From Tubiluchus corallicola (lineage: Eukaryota; Animalia; Priapulida), in the NCBI GenBank assembly GCA_030141605.1, contig JAQGDQ010000022.1:682001-746000 (forward strand): DNA of 64,000 bases, written 5' to 3'. The translations under genes were made by a program, and so were the position numbers. Shown here one piece after another: positions 13,059 to 26,310 of this stretch (the first letter of the stretch is position 1; each line of letters starts with the position of its first letter). The notes under the pieces are model-generated. The model saw nothing but the letters and a program-made list of their open reading frames with translations. It ran no database searches and was not told the DNA's origin.

Positions 13059-16000
13059 TCTCAACAGAATCTTCCACAATTATTGCGTTTTTTTAAACTA
13101 AAATTAAAGCATCTTCCACTCCTTCTATTCACTCCAGTATCCCCTGCACTGTAACACAACATCTCACCTGTGTCCAGGACATCTCTTTTATATGCGTCTC
13201 ACTGATCCAGTAGCCGCCTAACCTTCCAGACATCCGTTAAACATAAAATAGTGACACAAGTAGCGACTTTCACTACCCATGTGTACACAGCCGCCCTGTC
13301 AATTCTTTGCTACATCCTTTTTGCGAATAAAATGTTTGACAATTAGGTGTACCTTAGGAGAGATTTTAGATAAAAGAAAACGCTCGACGATTTCTGTATA
13401 TGTACATTTTCTAAGTTCGTGTCCTGATGGTCAGCTGAAAATACGCTTAGAGCAAGATGTGACTTTATCCTTTTTAAATGTAGTGTGCCAATAGCCTTGC
13501 ATGTATTTGGCTTGTATGAGACATTTCTGCTTTTTTTTTTATATTTTTTTGGTTTGCTTGTTCAAAGTACCTTACGTACTTTTTCTGCTTAGCAGTAGTC
13601 GAGATTAACATTTGAAAGTTACTGGAAGAAAAAAACGATCTGCACATCTCATCTGCTATGCGTAGTAGATTCATTATATTTTTGTGAACAGTAGCATTAT
13701 TCATGCTGAATCCCTACTAAATAAAAATTTTCCTAAACCATCTCGTTGCTGTTAGCAGAGAACATAAAATTATGCTTGTACCAGGAGCAATCACGCTTTG
13801 AGTTTTATTGCCTGTTTCCTCTGCTGGGACACTTATTACTAAAAGACTTCATATTTGTAATTGTCCTAGAGTCACTACTGCCTCACATAATACTAGGGGG
13901 AAGATAACATGAGAAGCTACAGGGAGGATGAAGGATGCAGGGAGAGTTTTGTGAGTGGAGAATGCTCAATAATCAGCCTTCAAAAAATGTTCAATAATCA
14001 AGCCCAGATTTTTTACAAAACAAGTGAGTTCTAAATTAAAAAACATGGGATGGGAACTTTGTGATCTCACCCTAAAGAGGGTAAAAGGCTTCAAATGTCG
14101 CTTGCTTATGGTAGTTCCATAATAACTTTAGTAGATATCGACATCAACGCTGTTGAAAGAGTTGATAGTAGTACATCAGTATATTTTGCCTTATGTGACA
14201 TCTAAAATGATCTAGCCATCTCAAATGAAAAGGGCAGCATTATAAGTTTGTGCCTCACTAAGCTTTAAAATAAATTTGTAGGAAATGGTAAGTGCAAATG
14301 CATGAATGCAAATGTGTTTCATCTGTAGCATCTTACGAAAACGATGATGAACTGTACTGTACGTACAACTAATACAAGATCTACAAAATAAATTCTGCTT
14401 GCAGAAAGGATGGTCAAACATCGGCGCACAGTATAAAACTGCTAAAAGGCTAATATTCGTGTCAATAATTGACACTGCAGCTTTTAAACATTAAGACACT
14501 CTGCACTTTCCATTAGCATTACAGCAACACTATAGCAAACATTTACTAACTTTTAACCTGCCTATACTACTTAGAAACTAGTACCACCCTGTTTAAATTT
14601 TCTTTTCACTTTGTTTGTTCACAGTTTAATGACATTTGCTATGTGTATTTTTAGGAGCAAATTGACTTAGTTTATAGAACGCGCTTTCCATTAAAACCTG
14701 GCATGCTTAACAATAATAGTTCTGGACGCGTAAAACTTATCCACTAAGCTAACACTTTATATATTATGCTTTTAAGCAGTAATATTATACACGCTACGCA
14801 ACATAAAAGAGCTAAATTTTAACTGATTTTTTTATGTTCAGAATGACACAGAAAGTTTTTTGATAGTTTCTTTTAATTCCAAAGACCTTGTTGAGCTAAA
14901 ACAAAGCCGAGCTTTTGTAGAGTCGACTTAAAATTGTTGTCGATACCTTTTAGCAATAAAATTAGCTTTATTTTGGAATATTGAATGTAATAATACTTTT
15001 CGGTGTTCTGTGTTTATCTGTGCAAGAAATCATTGCTCCCCAGTAAACGGGAATCGTGAAACAAATAGGTAAAAACAATAAAATCACGATAAAGAGCATT
15101 TAATTGTGAAAAAACAGTTCTTTTAATATTTGAGCTCTGACGATCATTAGTTCGCTTCGCTGGAGTTTCTCAAAGAGCCTAGTGGCATGAATTATTTCTG
15201 GGAATAAAAAGTAAATTAGGAAAAACAGATTACGCAAGGAGTAATATACGCATAAAAATGTTAAAACATGTTTATCTTTAAAAACATGTTTATTTCCAAT
15301 TCTGATAACATCTAAGTCTAGTACCCCTAACCTGTAAAAATGTGGCAAGTAATATTTGCCACTTGGAGAATAGATCTACGTGACGTCACGCTATACTCTT
15401 TGTGATTTTCTTTTTAGTTGCAATGAGGCAAAAGTTGTCGAGAAATTTTTTACTGGAAATTTCGGCAAATAATGCCATTGCATATGAAAACGGTCAGGCC
15501 ATTTTTTCGGACAGTTTGTTAGTTTTTAGACTCTGTGCACGACGGCGTAGCGGCATCGAGCTTCAGTCGAAGAGCCCACTCGACGATGACCATTACGGCA
15601 GGACTGAAACTGATCTCATTTTTAAGGATAATCACGAACAATGAGGTACTGAACTGAGAGTAGCGTTTTTGTCACTTTTCAATGTGTAGACAGTAAAGAT
15701 AAGAAAATTGTGCTGCTATGGTTGATCTGTTGTGCCATCTAGCGGTGGTGAGTCAAATTTTTAAAAATGTGGACAAGATATTACACTTTATTTTGTAGGG
15801 TCTGCGAAAAAAACAAATTAAAAAATGATATTAAAACAAATTCGCTTGTCCCCTATGTCAAAACGAGCTGTTTTAGTGGTTTTCTGAAACCTCTTCTCTG
15901 TGGAATTTGCTACCACTGTGTGGTTTTCTCTTAAACATAGCATCCTACATTAATGTACCGGATGTCTTCGCCCAGTCTATTCACCACGGTAGACTTTGAA

Positions 16001-16569
16001 TGTAATCTGCATTTCCGATTTGTTTGCCAATAACTTTTTCTCTTTTTTGCGCAGTTTCTTAGCCCAAATGTCATGTTCTTTTGCTTAAAACGTTTTTTAC
16101 TTGACTGCAAAAAATTAGCGAAATTAGCAATCTTTCTCAATGAAAATAACGTTTAAAAGATTTTAAATTTCACAGAGAGTTTTTTTAATAACAATAACTG
16201 ATACAAGAAACAAGAAAAAGGATATGACCTATTTGCGACACTTTGTGCTAATTATGCATTTTCGTTATAGAAGCCACATTTTAGCATAATTTCTTCTCAA
16301 GACACATTCGATGATTTCAATCTCATGATTTTTGTATGTCAGTAAAATACTTTGATCTGGAAAATTTTGTTCTACGCGCAACTACAGAGTTCAGACTACA
16401 TATTTATATGAACCATATCGATTTTTGATATCTTTCACTTGTGGTGTTATTCAGTAAGAGCTGGCAGTGTGGCGGCATCTACCTTTCACTTTCAATGTCG
16501 CGTTGACACAAAAATCAGTACTAGCGTTCTGCATTTAGTTTTTGTTTTTGGAAAAGACATTGATTCGTA

Positions 16570-17225
<656 letters not shown>

Positions 17226-17759
17226 TTAACTGTCTACTTAGCTATATGATATCTACATACAGCTCTACCATTTAAATGCAACCTACATCTAACAAATCTT
17301 TTCAAACAAGATATGCCTTGTTGAAATTAAACATCAAAATTCCAGAGCCTATTTTCGAATTCCAAGAGCTAATAATCAGAGCTCACACGTCTCTTCCATT
17401 TGGAACGTAACTTTTGCCAATTTAAGAGAGTTGCCTGAACTGTAAACACGTGTATGTTGTAGTTAAACAAACATTCCTAGAATTCTTTTTCTTGTTGACA
17501 CGCTGAGATGGCAGGGGCTGAATTTCTGCATTTGGCAACATACAAACCAATGATGGAAAAAAGCATGAAAGTTTATCCACACAAGAAGGTATAACAATTT
17601 TTTCATACAAAGCATGAGATTACAACATTTACTAAATATGTTTTTTAAGTTTTCAAGGTGATTATGCCATATAATTTTTAAAAGAAGGTCCGTCTGCACA
17701 ATTGCATATAGGTGAAACAAATTGAATAATTCGTTTGCATAATTTTGAATAAATTAAAT

Positions 17760-17856
17760 AATGACAACGATAATGCAACGACAACTACAACAATACTAAA
17801 AATAACAACAACGACGACGACGACGACGACGACAACAACAACAACAACAACAGCAA

Positions 17857-17916
<60 letters not shown>

Positions 17917-17950
17917 GTAACAGCAGCAGCAACAACAACAACAACAACAT
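17760..17950. repeat. Compound trinucleotide microsatellite (ACG/ACA/GCA)
   Basis: Directly visible. Confidence 0.95.
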
Positions 17951-19976
17951 TGTCAATATTGCTATGTTGTGTGTATGCTCACTACGAATTAATGAAGTAC
18001 ATTAATCAAACTCAAGAAAATGTTTAGTCATTGGCAATTGTAGTTGCAACAGTATTTCGAAAATTTTGGTACAAGCCAGGCTAGTAATATTGCTAAAATT
18101 AAAGATCTTTTCAGTAATACGTTTTCATAGCGCATGCTCGTATAGTGTGTACACGAACAGTTTCTTCCCAGAAAATCATTTCTGAATGTTTTTGATATGA
18201 AATAAGAACTCGTTTGCACTTGAAAAGACTACAACAATACCACATTAGTAACTGCTCCTTTTATAGCAAAAGACCTCGCATAAGCACGAGCCAAGCACGT
18301 CAATTGGCTACAAACTATGCAGGTGTCCAAAACGACACGAGAAATACCTCACGTACATCGAACTCAGCAACCAAGCAGCATACATCAAGCCTTTGTAAGT
18401 TTTCAAATACCTAGCATTCCTCCCAGCCACAAACCATATTTTATGCAATGTAATCGCCAATGTGTTTTCAGGCTTTCTTTTCTAAACCCGTGTACGACTT
18501 ACAAGTTTACCCAGATCCATAGTTAACGCTTGCTTGAAGTTGTTCAAACGTCTATGTATACATTGTAGGCTTGTATATGGGGTTTATTTTACTCCTTCTA
18601 AATCGCATTAAGTTGTCCGTGTCCTCTGGACCATTAAAGCCTGCTACGATTTGGATCTGCACGTTATTGCTGTACTTTCTGACGGTTTTATTGCAGAGAA
18701 AAAATTAAACCCACGATAAAATAAGCTCACAGTATTTTCCCGGATAAAGCCTCGCTTTTTAGAAATAGTTTGTACACGCACGAAAAAAGGCACGCGAACT
18801 ACAAAAACAACTAAGATGTAATTTCGAAAAAGTAAGCGTCCTGTATTGGAGCAGAGGACAATGAGAGAAACGGAGGTGGTCACAGAGCACAACTAGAAAA
18901 AATGCACCGTGAGTGAGCTTCTCAATCATATATTAATCCTTTGGCGCTTATAATCCTTCCTGCAGAAGCAGCACTGCGCTAATTACTAATGTTTAAAATA
19001 TATGCGACGTTTAGTATAATTGATTTACTTTAATGAATTACGTAGTTTCAAAGTTATTGTTTTTTACAATAAACTCCCTATCTCATGGCGCGTGGTGAGT
19101 GCTTCCATGCAATAATTGCAATTAATTATTTAATCACTGATGGTATTCATAGACTCTATAATCCCAGTGTATAAGTTAATAAGATTTTGAAAATCTGTAA
19201 CGAATTCTACACTAGAATCGATCAGCTTTATTCTAGTAGCTAAATATTATAAAAATTGTTATGCGTGTAATATGCCAAACTTTTTATTAGGTAATCTGTG
19301 AACAGCTAGCATTATTTTTTTGAATGAGTTTTGCTATTTCAAGTCAAGGTTTTAGGCCATTGTCAATTACTGTCTGGCAGATGACTTGTCGTAGCGGCTA
19401 TAATACATTCCAGACAGACAGCAACTACTTTAAAAGCTACTTAGCTGCAGGAAACTAATCAATTTACACGTCTTAATTATCTCTTCAGGTGTCAGGAAGG
19501 TGCATGACACGAGAGTGTGCCAATCGGGGACCAGTATAAAATTTATGAGCGAATAGAAAACGAATTTTACGCTTTCAATTAAGCCCATAACCACCCATTA
19601 ACCATTATTAGGAGCGCGTGGCCATGGTTTTGTCTTTTTTTCTTGAGGTGTCAGAGACTCAGAGGTGATTATAACGTAATTGGGCCACCGTATAGCTTGA
19701 AAGTGCAAATTTTATTGTCTTTGGTTGTTGTTGTTACGCAATTTCGTGGTGTAGGAGTTCAAATCGCATTAGAAAAACGGTTTATTAATAAATATAAAAA
19801 TTATTTTATATTTTATTTATCAATCGATTCAAGTAAGTTATCATAAAATGAATAAGCAAACGAGCATATATGCATGTAGCAACCCGGTTTGCAAGCAAAA
19901 TCATTGCAAGTAAGTAACTGGAAGTCACATTTCGTTTTCATCTTCGTCTTCACCTTCATCTAGTGTACAAGGTGTT

Positions 19977-20126
19977 ACATAACTTTTGTTGGGATGTACA
20001 AAAATAACGAGTAACAGCACGGAAATACAACAAAGATTTGCTAAACGATAAATTCCCGATTGTTTCAGCAATATTTTGATACATCGTTACTCGTTATTTT
20101 TATATTCGCTGGCAAAAGGTTATCTA
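19977..20126. mobile_element. About 150-bp imperfect palindrome, MITE-like
   Basis: Nested inverted pairs: ATAACTTTTG/CAAAAGGTTAT, AAAAATAACGAGTAAC/GTTACTCGTTATTTTT (16 bp perfect) and TTGCTAAACGAT/ATTGTTTCAGCAA. Confidence 0.6.
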
Positions 20127-21921
20127 TCAAATATCACCCTATTGCTCGTTCTAGCTCCTTTGATTTCTTTATAACTTTCACTCTATTGACGCTAACTTAG
20201 TACCAGTGTGCTAAGACCAGACGAATATTAATTTATTAATTATATAATCAAGTAATTACCTAATTACATTTTGTTAGTACATTTTTGGAAAATGTAAAAC
20301 GATGAATGAAATATGCATTTTGAATTGTTAATTTGCAGATATGGTCGGCTTCATATATTTGCTTTGCGCAAAATTTTCAAGTGGGAGTACAGTACTAGTA
20401 GCATTAGCTGTTTCTGCGTTCTGCGCATTTTCTTCTTAACAAAGTCTGTCATAAGGTTTGAGATCATGTGAAGGACAGGAGTTCGGATCTTGTGAATTGT
20501 CAAATTCGATTAACTAAGATGTAATTTTAACGTAATTTTTCTGAATGCGACCTTCGCAAAGGCGTCTTATATTTATATGACGGAGAAAAACCAAAAGACG
20601 AAAGACATAAGGGAGAAAGAATAAAACAAAGAAAGAAAAGAAGGAAAAAAGGAAAGAAAGAAAGAAAAAAGAAAAATGAAGAAATGTATAAGTAAGTGAA
20701 TGAATGAATGAACTAATAAATAAATGAATAAATGATGAAAAGACTAACCAAAAAATGAAATGAATAAACGAACGAGTAAATGAATGAATGGATAGATGGA
20801 CGACACTAAATGTACGAATGAAAGAATAAAAAAATGAACAACTATATGAATGAATAATGAACGGAAAATGAGTGTATGATTAAACGACTAGCCAAACAAG
20901 TGAAATATCAGAGGAACCTAGAATTAGGATCGGCCAGAATAGTCAAGAGGCAGGGTAAGATAGATTAACGACAGGTTTAGGACTGGGCCAGAAAAGTGAA
21001 ACATGGCAAAGTAAGGCAAGAAAGGCAAGGAAAAGAAATGTAAAAAACAGAAAATTCAAAGAATGAAAATCCTAGCATTATTTGAGAGATACAATCGTTT
21101 TTGCCGTGTGTCCTTTACCCTGAAATACCAATGCCAAAGCGAGGCAATATCGTAATTCATCATGTTCCGGTTTGGACAACTAATACGCGAAAACAAAACT
21201 TGTTTACGCCTAGCAGCATAATTCTGTCCATGTGGCACTATATTAGCGGTGTTTACTCAATATATCAGCCAAAAATATTTACGATGCCTCGGCAAAATGC
21301 GGTTACAACTTACAATTCTCCAATCCAGACCCCACCGTTCCAAACATTTCTGTTACAAAACAGATGCGACCTATAAGCGACATTATTAAGTTCACCAGAT
21401 TCCATGATACCAGTTAATTTTTTCATCGATTCTTGTTAAGTTAAGATTATTGTCATGTATAGCTTACGACATGTCATATCCCTCAAACTTGTGGCCATCT
21501 TAGCTTGTCATCATAATCTATTCAACTTATTAAAATCTTGTAATTAAAATCGTACTACGTTTGGTCACTGGTCGGGTTTGATTTAATTATAATACTTGCA
21601 ATCTTTTGCTCATTGAAGGTTTGTTGGTATATATTAAACTTCATTCACCAGTTTACCAGCACTTTAATGGAATTAGCTCTCAGGAATATGTGTCATTGAT
21701 TATTAAACACTTTCTCTTGGTTGTAGTATGCGTTTTGTTTCTGGTTCTCTTATGTTTATCCGGGATAAAGATGTTTTAAAAATAGATTTTTCATTTTGGT
21801 CGCCTTCCCTTGAACCTCTATAGAAAATTGTTTCGCTGATAACTATATCATAATTGCTTAAAAACGAACAGCAACACATCACAAAATACATGATACATCC
21901 AATAATTGTTTATAGTTTTAT

Positions 21922-24118
21922 AGTCGTGGAGCTGGGGGGGGGGGCACCTTGCATCCACACAGGATTTAACGAAACTAAGTTTAGTAACTTCTCTTTATCG
22001 TCCTAATGTTAATGTTTCAAGATGTTAACAAGAAAAAAGCCGATGCGTCCATGTTATGAGGCGTAATATCCAAGTACCCATAAACACCAAAATGTAGCAA
22101 AAACACATATGACTCTGTAACTCAGTATCAAAATGACTCCAAATAAAAAGTTAAATCTATGTCTTTACGTTAAGAGAACCTATTAAACTGTCAGCAGTGC
22201 TTCAGTAAATTTAAGATGGCCGCCTGAAATGGCTAAATCTGTTTTGGACCAAGGAAACCTTGTTACTGATGCTGCCAAGGCTTTAATAAATTCAGAATGG
22301 CTGCAAAAAGTGCAGCATTATTATAGTAAATACACTTAAAAGAAATGATATGCCTATGTTTTCTGGACCAAGAAAGCCAACGGACGAAAGTTTGGCATAT
22401 CTTCAAGTATCAGCAAAAATTAAAATTAAAAGAAATAAATTAAAAAAGTACATATAATTCTAGTTGTCTCTCTTATAATATGCCTAATATAAAATAGGCC
22501 TAATACATGACGTGCTATACACGTGTCCATAATTGACAACTCATCCTTTGCTGAAGCCAAACAATGTGTTTATTACATAGGTCTCTTCCAACTATTAAAG
22601 CACAAACAGTATTAAATCGTCTAGATAGGGATGCTGTTGCAAATGTAATCAGTACATGTCACTGACTTATTCTACTAACTTTGCTAGATTAGCTTTGTTT
22701 ACTTGCATTAAAAATTAAAGTTCCTGTAATTTGAAATTTAAGCTCTATGATGACATTGACTTTTATTTTTTTGGATTCCCACTAGTATAAAGGAAGTAAA
22801 TATGTTTGGTGGCGAGGAAAATGATTGATGAGGGCTAATCTGTTACAAGTAAGTTAAAAATGAATTTGTCAATATTACCACCATGCAAAGGGTCTCACGT
22901 TTTCCCGTAATATCATATGCGAACTACTGGGTTGCTCTACGGAAACGGACTCACATTGCTATCCCTAAGATTCATTCTGTCAGAGACCATGAATGGTCAC
23001 ACCTAGACAATTAATTAGAGCCTGTGTGGATTCTCAAGTCTATTTTTGAGACTGATAACGGAGATATTCTTAAAAACACGTTAGACTTTTGTCAGCTGAC
23101 GTTCTACGCAGAAAACATAGACACCGCGACGTTGCCATATTTTATGATGATAGTGATATTTTAGACCTTCAAGTATACAACAAAATTATCATTATTTCAT
23201 ATCCAACCTTGCTATGTAGTAGCAGAAGACCCCCTAATAAGTTTTACTTGCTGCATACCCATTGCCTATGGCGTAGGCCTACTATTTTGTAGCATACAAT
23301 GCAAATGTTGTTTGGCGCTACTCAGTAATTCTGTTGAGCCACTGGTTTCTCAAGGCTAATAACAGAGATATTCTCAAAAACACGCCAGACTTTTTTCAGC
23401 TGACGTCCTGCCAGAAAACGCACGCATAACATTTCGTTTGGTTATATTTCTATGCTTAATTGTAGCAATAACGCAGTTTTTGTATTCTTGGCGGCCATCT
23501 TGACACATCTTGGCGGCTATCTTAATGCCTCTATTGCATTGCTGGCATCTCTAGCAAGCTTAGTAGTTTCCTTTACCCAGAAAACATAAGTTTAGACATT
23601 TAATTGAAGTCATTTAGAAACCTGGGCAAGTGAGAATGTAATATTTTTGCTTGCGTTTTGTCATTTATATATGGCGCCATTTTGAGTTTTTTGAACCACT
23701 ACTGACATCACTAAGAAATTTGGAATGTTTCCATGACCCGAAAAATATAGAATTAGCCATTTATTTGAGGTCACTTTTATTTGGATATCGAGTTACCGAG
23801 ATTTGATATTTTTGATCATGTATGCCATTTGATTTTTTTAAAGCACAGCTGACATAGGTAAGTGTTTGATGCTTTCCTTGGCCCTGAAACGCAGATTTAG
23901 TCATTTATTTGGAATAGTTTGGATATTGGGATACCTAGGTATATCACTTTTGTGTTTTTGCTGGAATCTTGGATATAACATGTCGTAACATGAATGCATA
24001 TTTAGATTTTCTCCTGTTATTTCCCGTCTCGAAAGTGTTTTAGGACCATAAGGTGAAGCTAGTAAATTTTGCTGCGGTAAATAACGTGGAGGGCAAAATG
24101 ACCCCTGTAGCCCCGACT
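21922..24118. mobile_element. Non-autonomous foldback-like DNA transposon with about 180-bp imperfect TIRs
   Basis: 21922-22094 aligns to the reverse complement of about 23945-24118 (e.g. ATTTAACGAAACTAAGTTTAGTAACTTCTCTTTATCGTCCTAA vs ATTTACCGCAGCAAAATTTACTAGCTTCACCTTATGGTCCTAA; ATATCCAAG in both). Internal direct repeats and several GCCATCTT/GCCATTTT motifs. No transposase ORF seen. Confidence 0.7.
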
Positions 24119-24149
24119 GTTAGGTTCCACGGGAAGAATCGTGGAACTT

Positions 24150-24153
<4 letters not shown>

Positions 24154-24198
<45 letters not shown>
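24154..24198. repeat. (TA)n microsatellite
   Basis: Directly visible. Confidence 0.95.
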
Positions 24199-24201
<3 letters not shown>

Positions 24202-24237
24202 GATGGATGTCTTTGCTGATGTTCTTTTTGAAACTAG

Positions 24238-24825
24238 TATATTGTTGTATTCAGAAAAACAATTTTCTATAAGGGCTCCACGGGAAGAGACCTAAGAGAA
24301 AAACTGCGCTATCGCAATAGCAAATTAGTTACAATTCTCGTACCACTTAAATGTGTTAAATTACCACTTTTAACTACGGAATCCCAGTTAAAAAGTAGCA
24401 AAAATTTTAAATATACGCTACATATAACTGGAGAGACAGCAAATAATCCTTTTGGACATGACACCATAACACTATTAATTTTATGCAAAATAAGCTCCTG
24501 AACATTACACAGGAACGGTATGCCATTTGAAGAATATTCCGGGGACACTGATGATTTCATAACTGACAATATGCCTATTGGGGAGTATTTTAGGGATATT
24601 GGAGATCTGTACTTAAATCATGAGATATTTCGCCATGATGCCTATTCAAAGTACGCAAGAATAAAACGTTTGGGCCAAACTAATGCACTAATACAAGTAT
24701 TCATTGATGAGTGTCACTTCACTGAAGTACATGAGAAATTAGCATACGAACTCATCGATTTAGCAAGCGATGTGGTGGGTCTGATGCGCCTGCCTGTTAT
24801 TGGATTGATCGAATTGTTCACTTGA
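24238..24825 (+). pseudogene. Decayed orphan reading frame of unknown family
   Basis: About 195 codons in one frame with a single internal TGA (24499-24501). The composition is protein-like and not low-complexity. It includes the 101-aa ORF 24520-24825. Confidence 0.35.
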
Positions 24826-25689
24826 TGGTTCCTATGCTTACATTTTATTACATAAAAACAAAAAAGTCAACGTTGATATTAACTATGGTGGTTTTACGAA
24901 ATAACAATAGATTTGTCGACTTCTTTCATGGCACGTCTGATTTGTGCTATTTGGCGTAGGACGATTGTTAGATGATTTTCGTTTTTACTTTTGAACTTTT
25001 GAATTTTTGCTTGATGTGCCATTTGTTTGAAAAGTCACCAATAGCAAAAAAATGAGAAATTTATTTATGCCTACAAATAGCACATACTAAAATGTGCTTG
25101 CCAAATTAATGTAGCCGACACCACTCTATGTTGAAGTTGCAGTCTACATTCATGTCACCCAGATTATCTTAGACTCTAGAATGAAATGAATTATTTTAGA
25201 TACAGAGAGTTTAGCAGTTAACACAATCCTGCTAGCAGTTATCCAATTCTTTAATTTACATGGACCTACTCGATGCTTTCATCTGTTATTCTTATGTGAT
25301 AGTCGAGCCTATATTTTCTCTATCACACACTAATCTATCACGCTAGTCCATATTTACTATATATGGTTCAGCTTATGTTTACCTTTCTTATATAGGTACT
25401 TTTCTGTATGAACTGAGATGTAGTTTTTGAACGTTTGAATACAATTGCACAAGTCAACTTCAGTCTTACATCCGCATAAATTACCTATTAACAGATTTCT
25501 GTCGATTAGTATAAACGAGTGAAACAGTGGGAGTTGTGCATGGTATTTTTGTATAAAAAGTGAGACAGTTTTCCTTATACAACGTTAATTTTGCTACTGT
25601 ACATTACCGTACGGTTTTGAGTACCACAATGTACACTAAAGAATAAACCCAGATGACTTTCAACTGCGATAGCTGTGGTCTTCATTAAG

Positions 25690-26310
25690 GCTTTTGAAAG
25701 ATCTTTGTGTTACTGCCGTACTGTATTATTGAAAGATAACACCTTTGTACAACCCAGGCAAGAACACTGCCGATTCTGTCGCTATCACAACAGAATGTAC
25801 CACTGCAGGGAGATGGCAGGTAAATTGAAGTAGTACACAAATGGGTTCGCTGTTTGCATACAGGCAGTAAAAACAGCACCACCGAAGAGAATCCATGTTA
25901 CTCTAGGTCCCAATATGCTTTACCAATAAACGTTAGCAGCTCCGAGTTCTCTGCCCAACTGTTTAGTGTTTCCTTTCAAGAGGACATTTTCTTCTGCAAT
26001 ATCATTTTTTATTGCAATTTCACGGTAAAGACGTTGAATGATGTAATGAATATACATTTATCTCCGCAGATGCATATGTTTGTTTTAGACTTAAAAAGAA
26101 TCTCAGAAAATCTTCGGCAGTGGACGTGGAGAATCTCTAATAAATTTTGGTCCCATTAACATCAAACAAGTTGGGTGCCAGAAAACCAGAGATACCATAC
26201 ACTTCTAAATCCATTCACACTATTCTTAATTTCGAAGGTAACCGCCAGCCTATATCATACACACGGCGTAACTGTTAGGGAATACAGTATAACATTAGGA
26301 AATGTCATGT
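25690..26310 (-). pseudogene. Possible rhodopsin-class GPCR relic
   Basis: Frameshifted minus-strand translation gives a hydrophobic segment ending in NPFVYYF (25847-25827, NPxxY-like), with TM4- and TM5-like pieces upstream. Confidence 0.3.
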
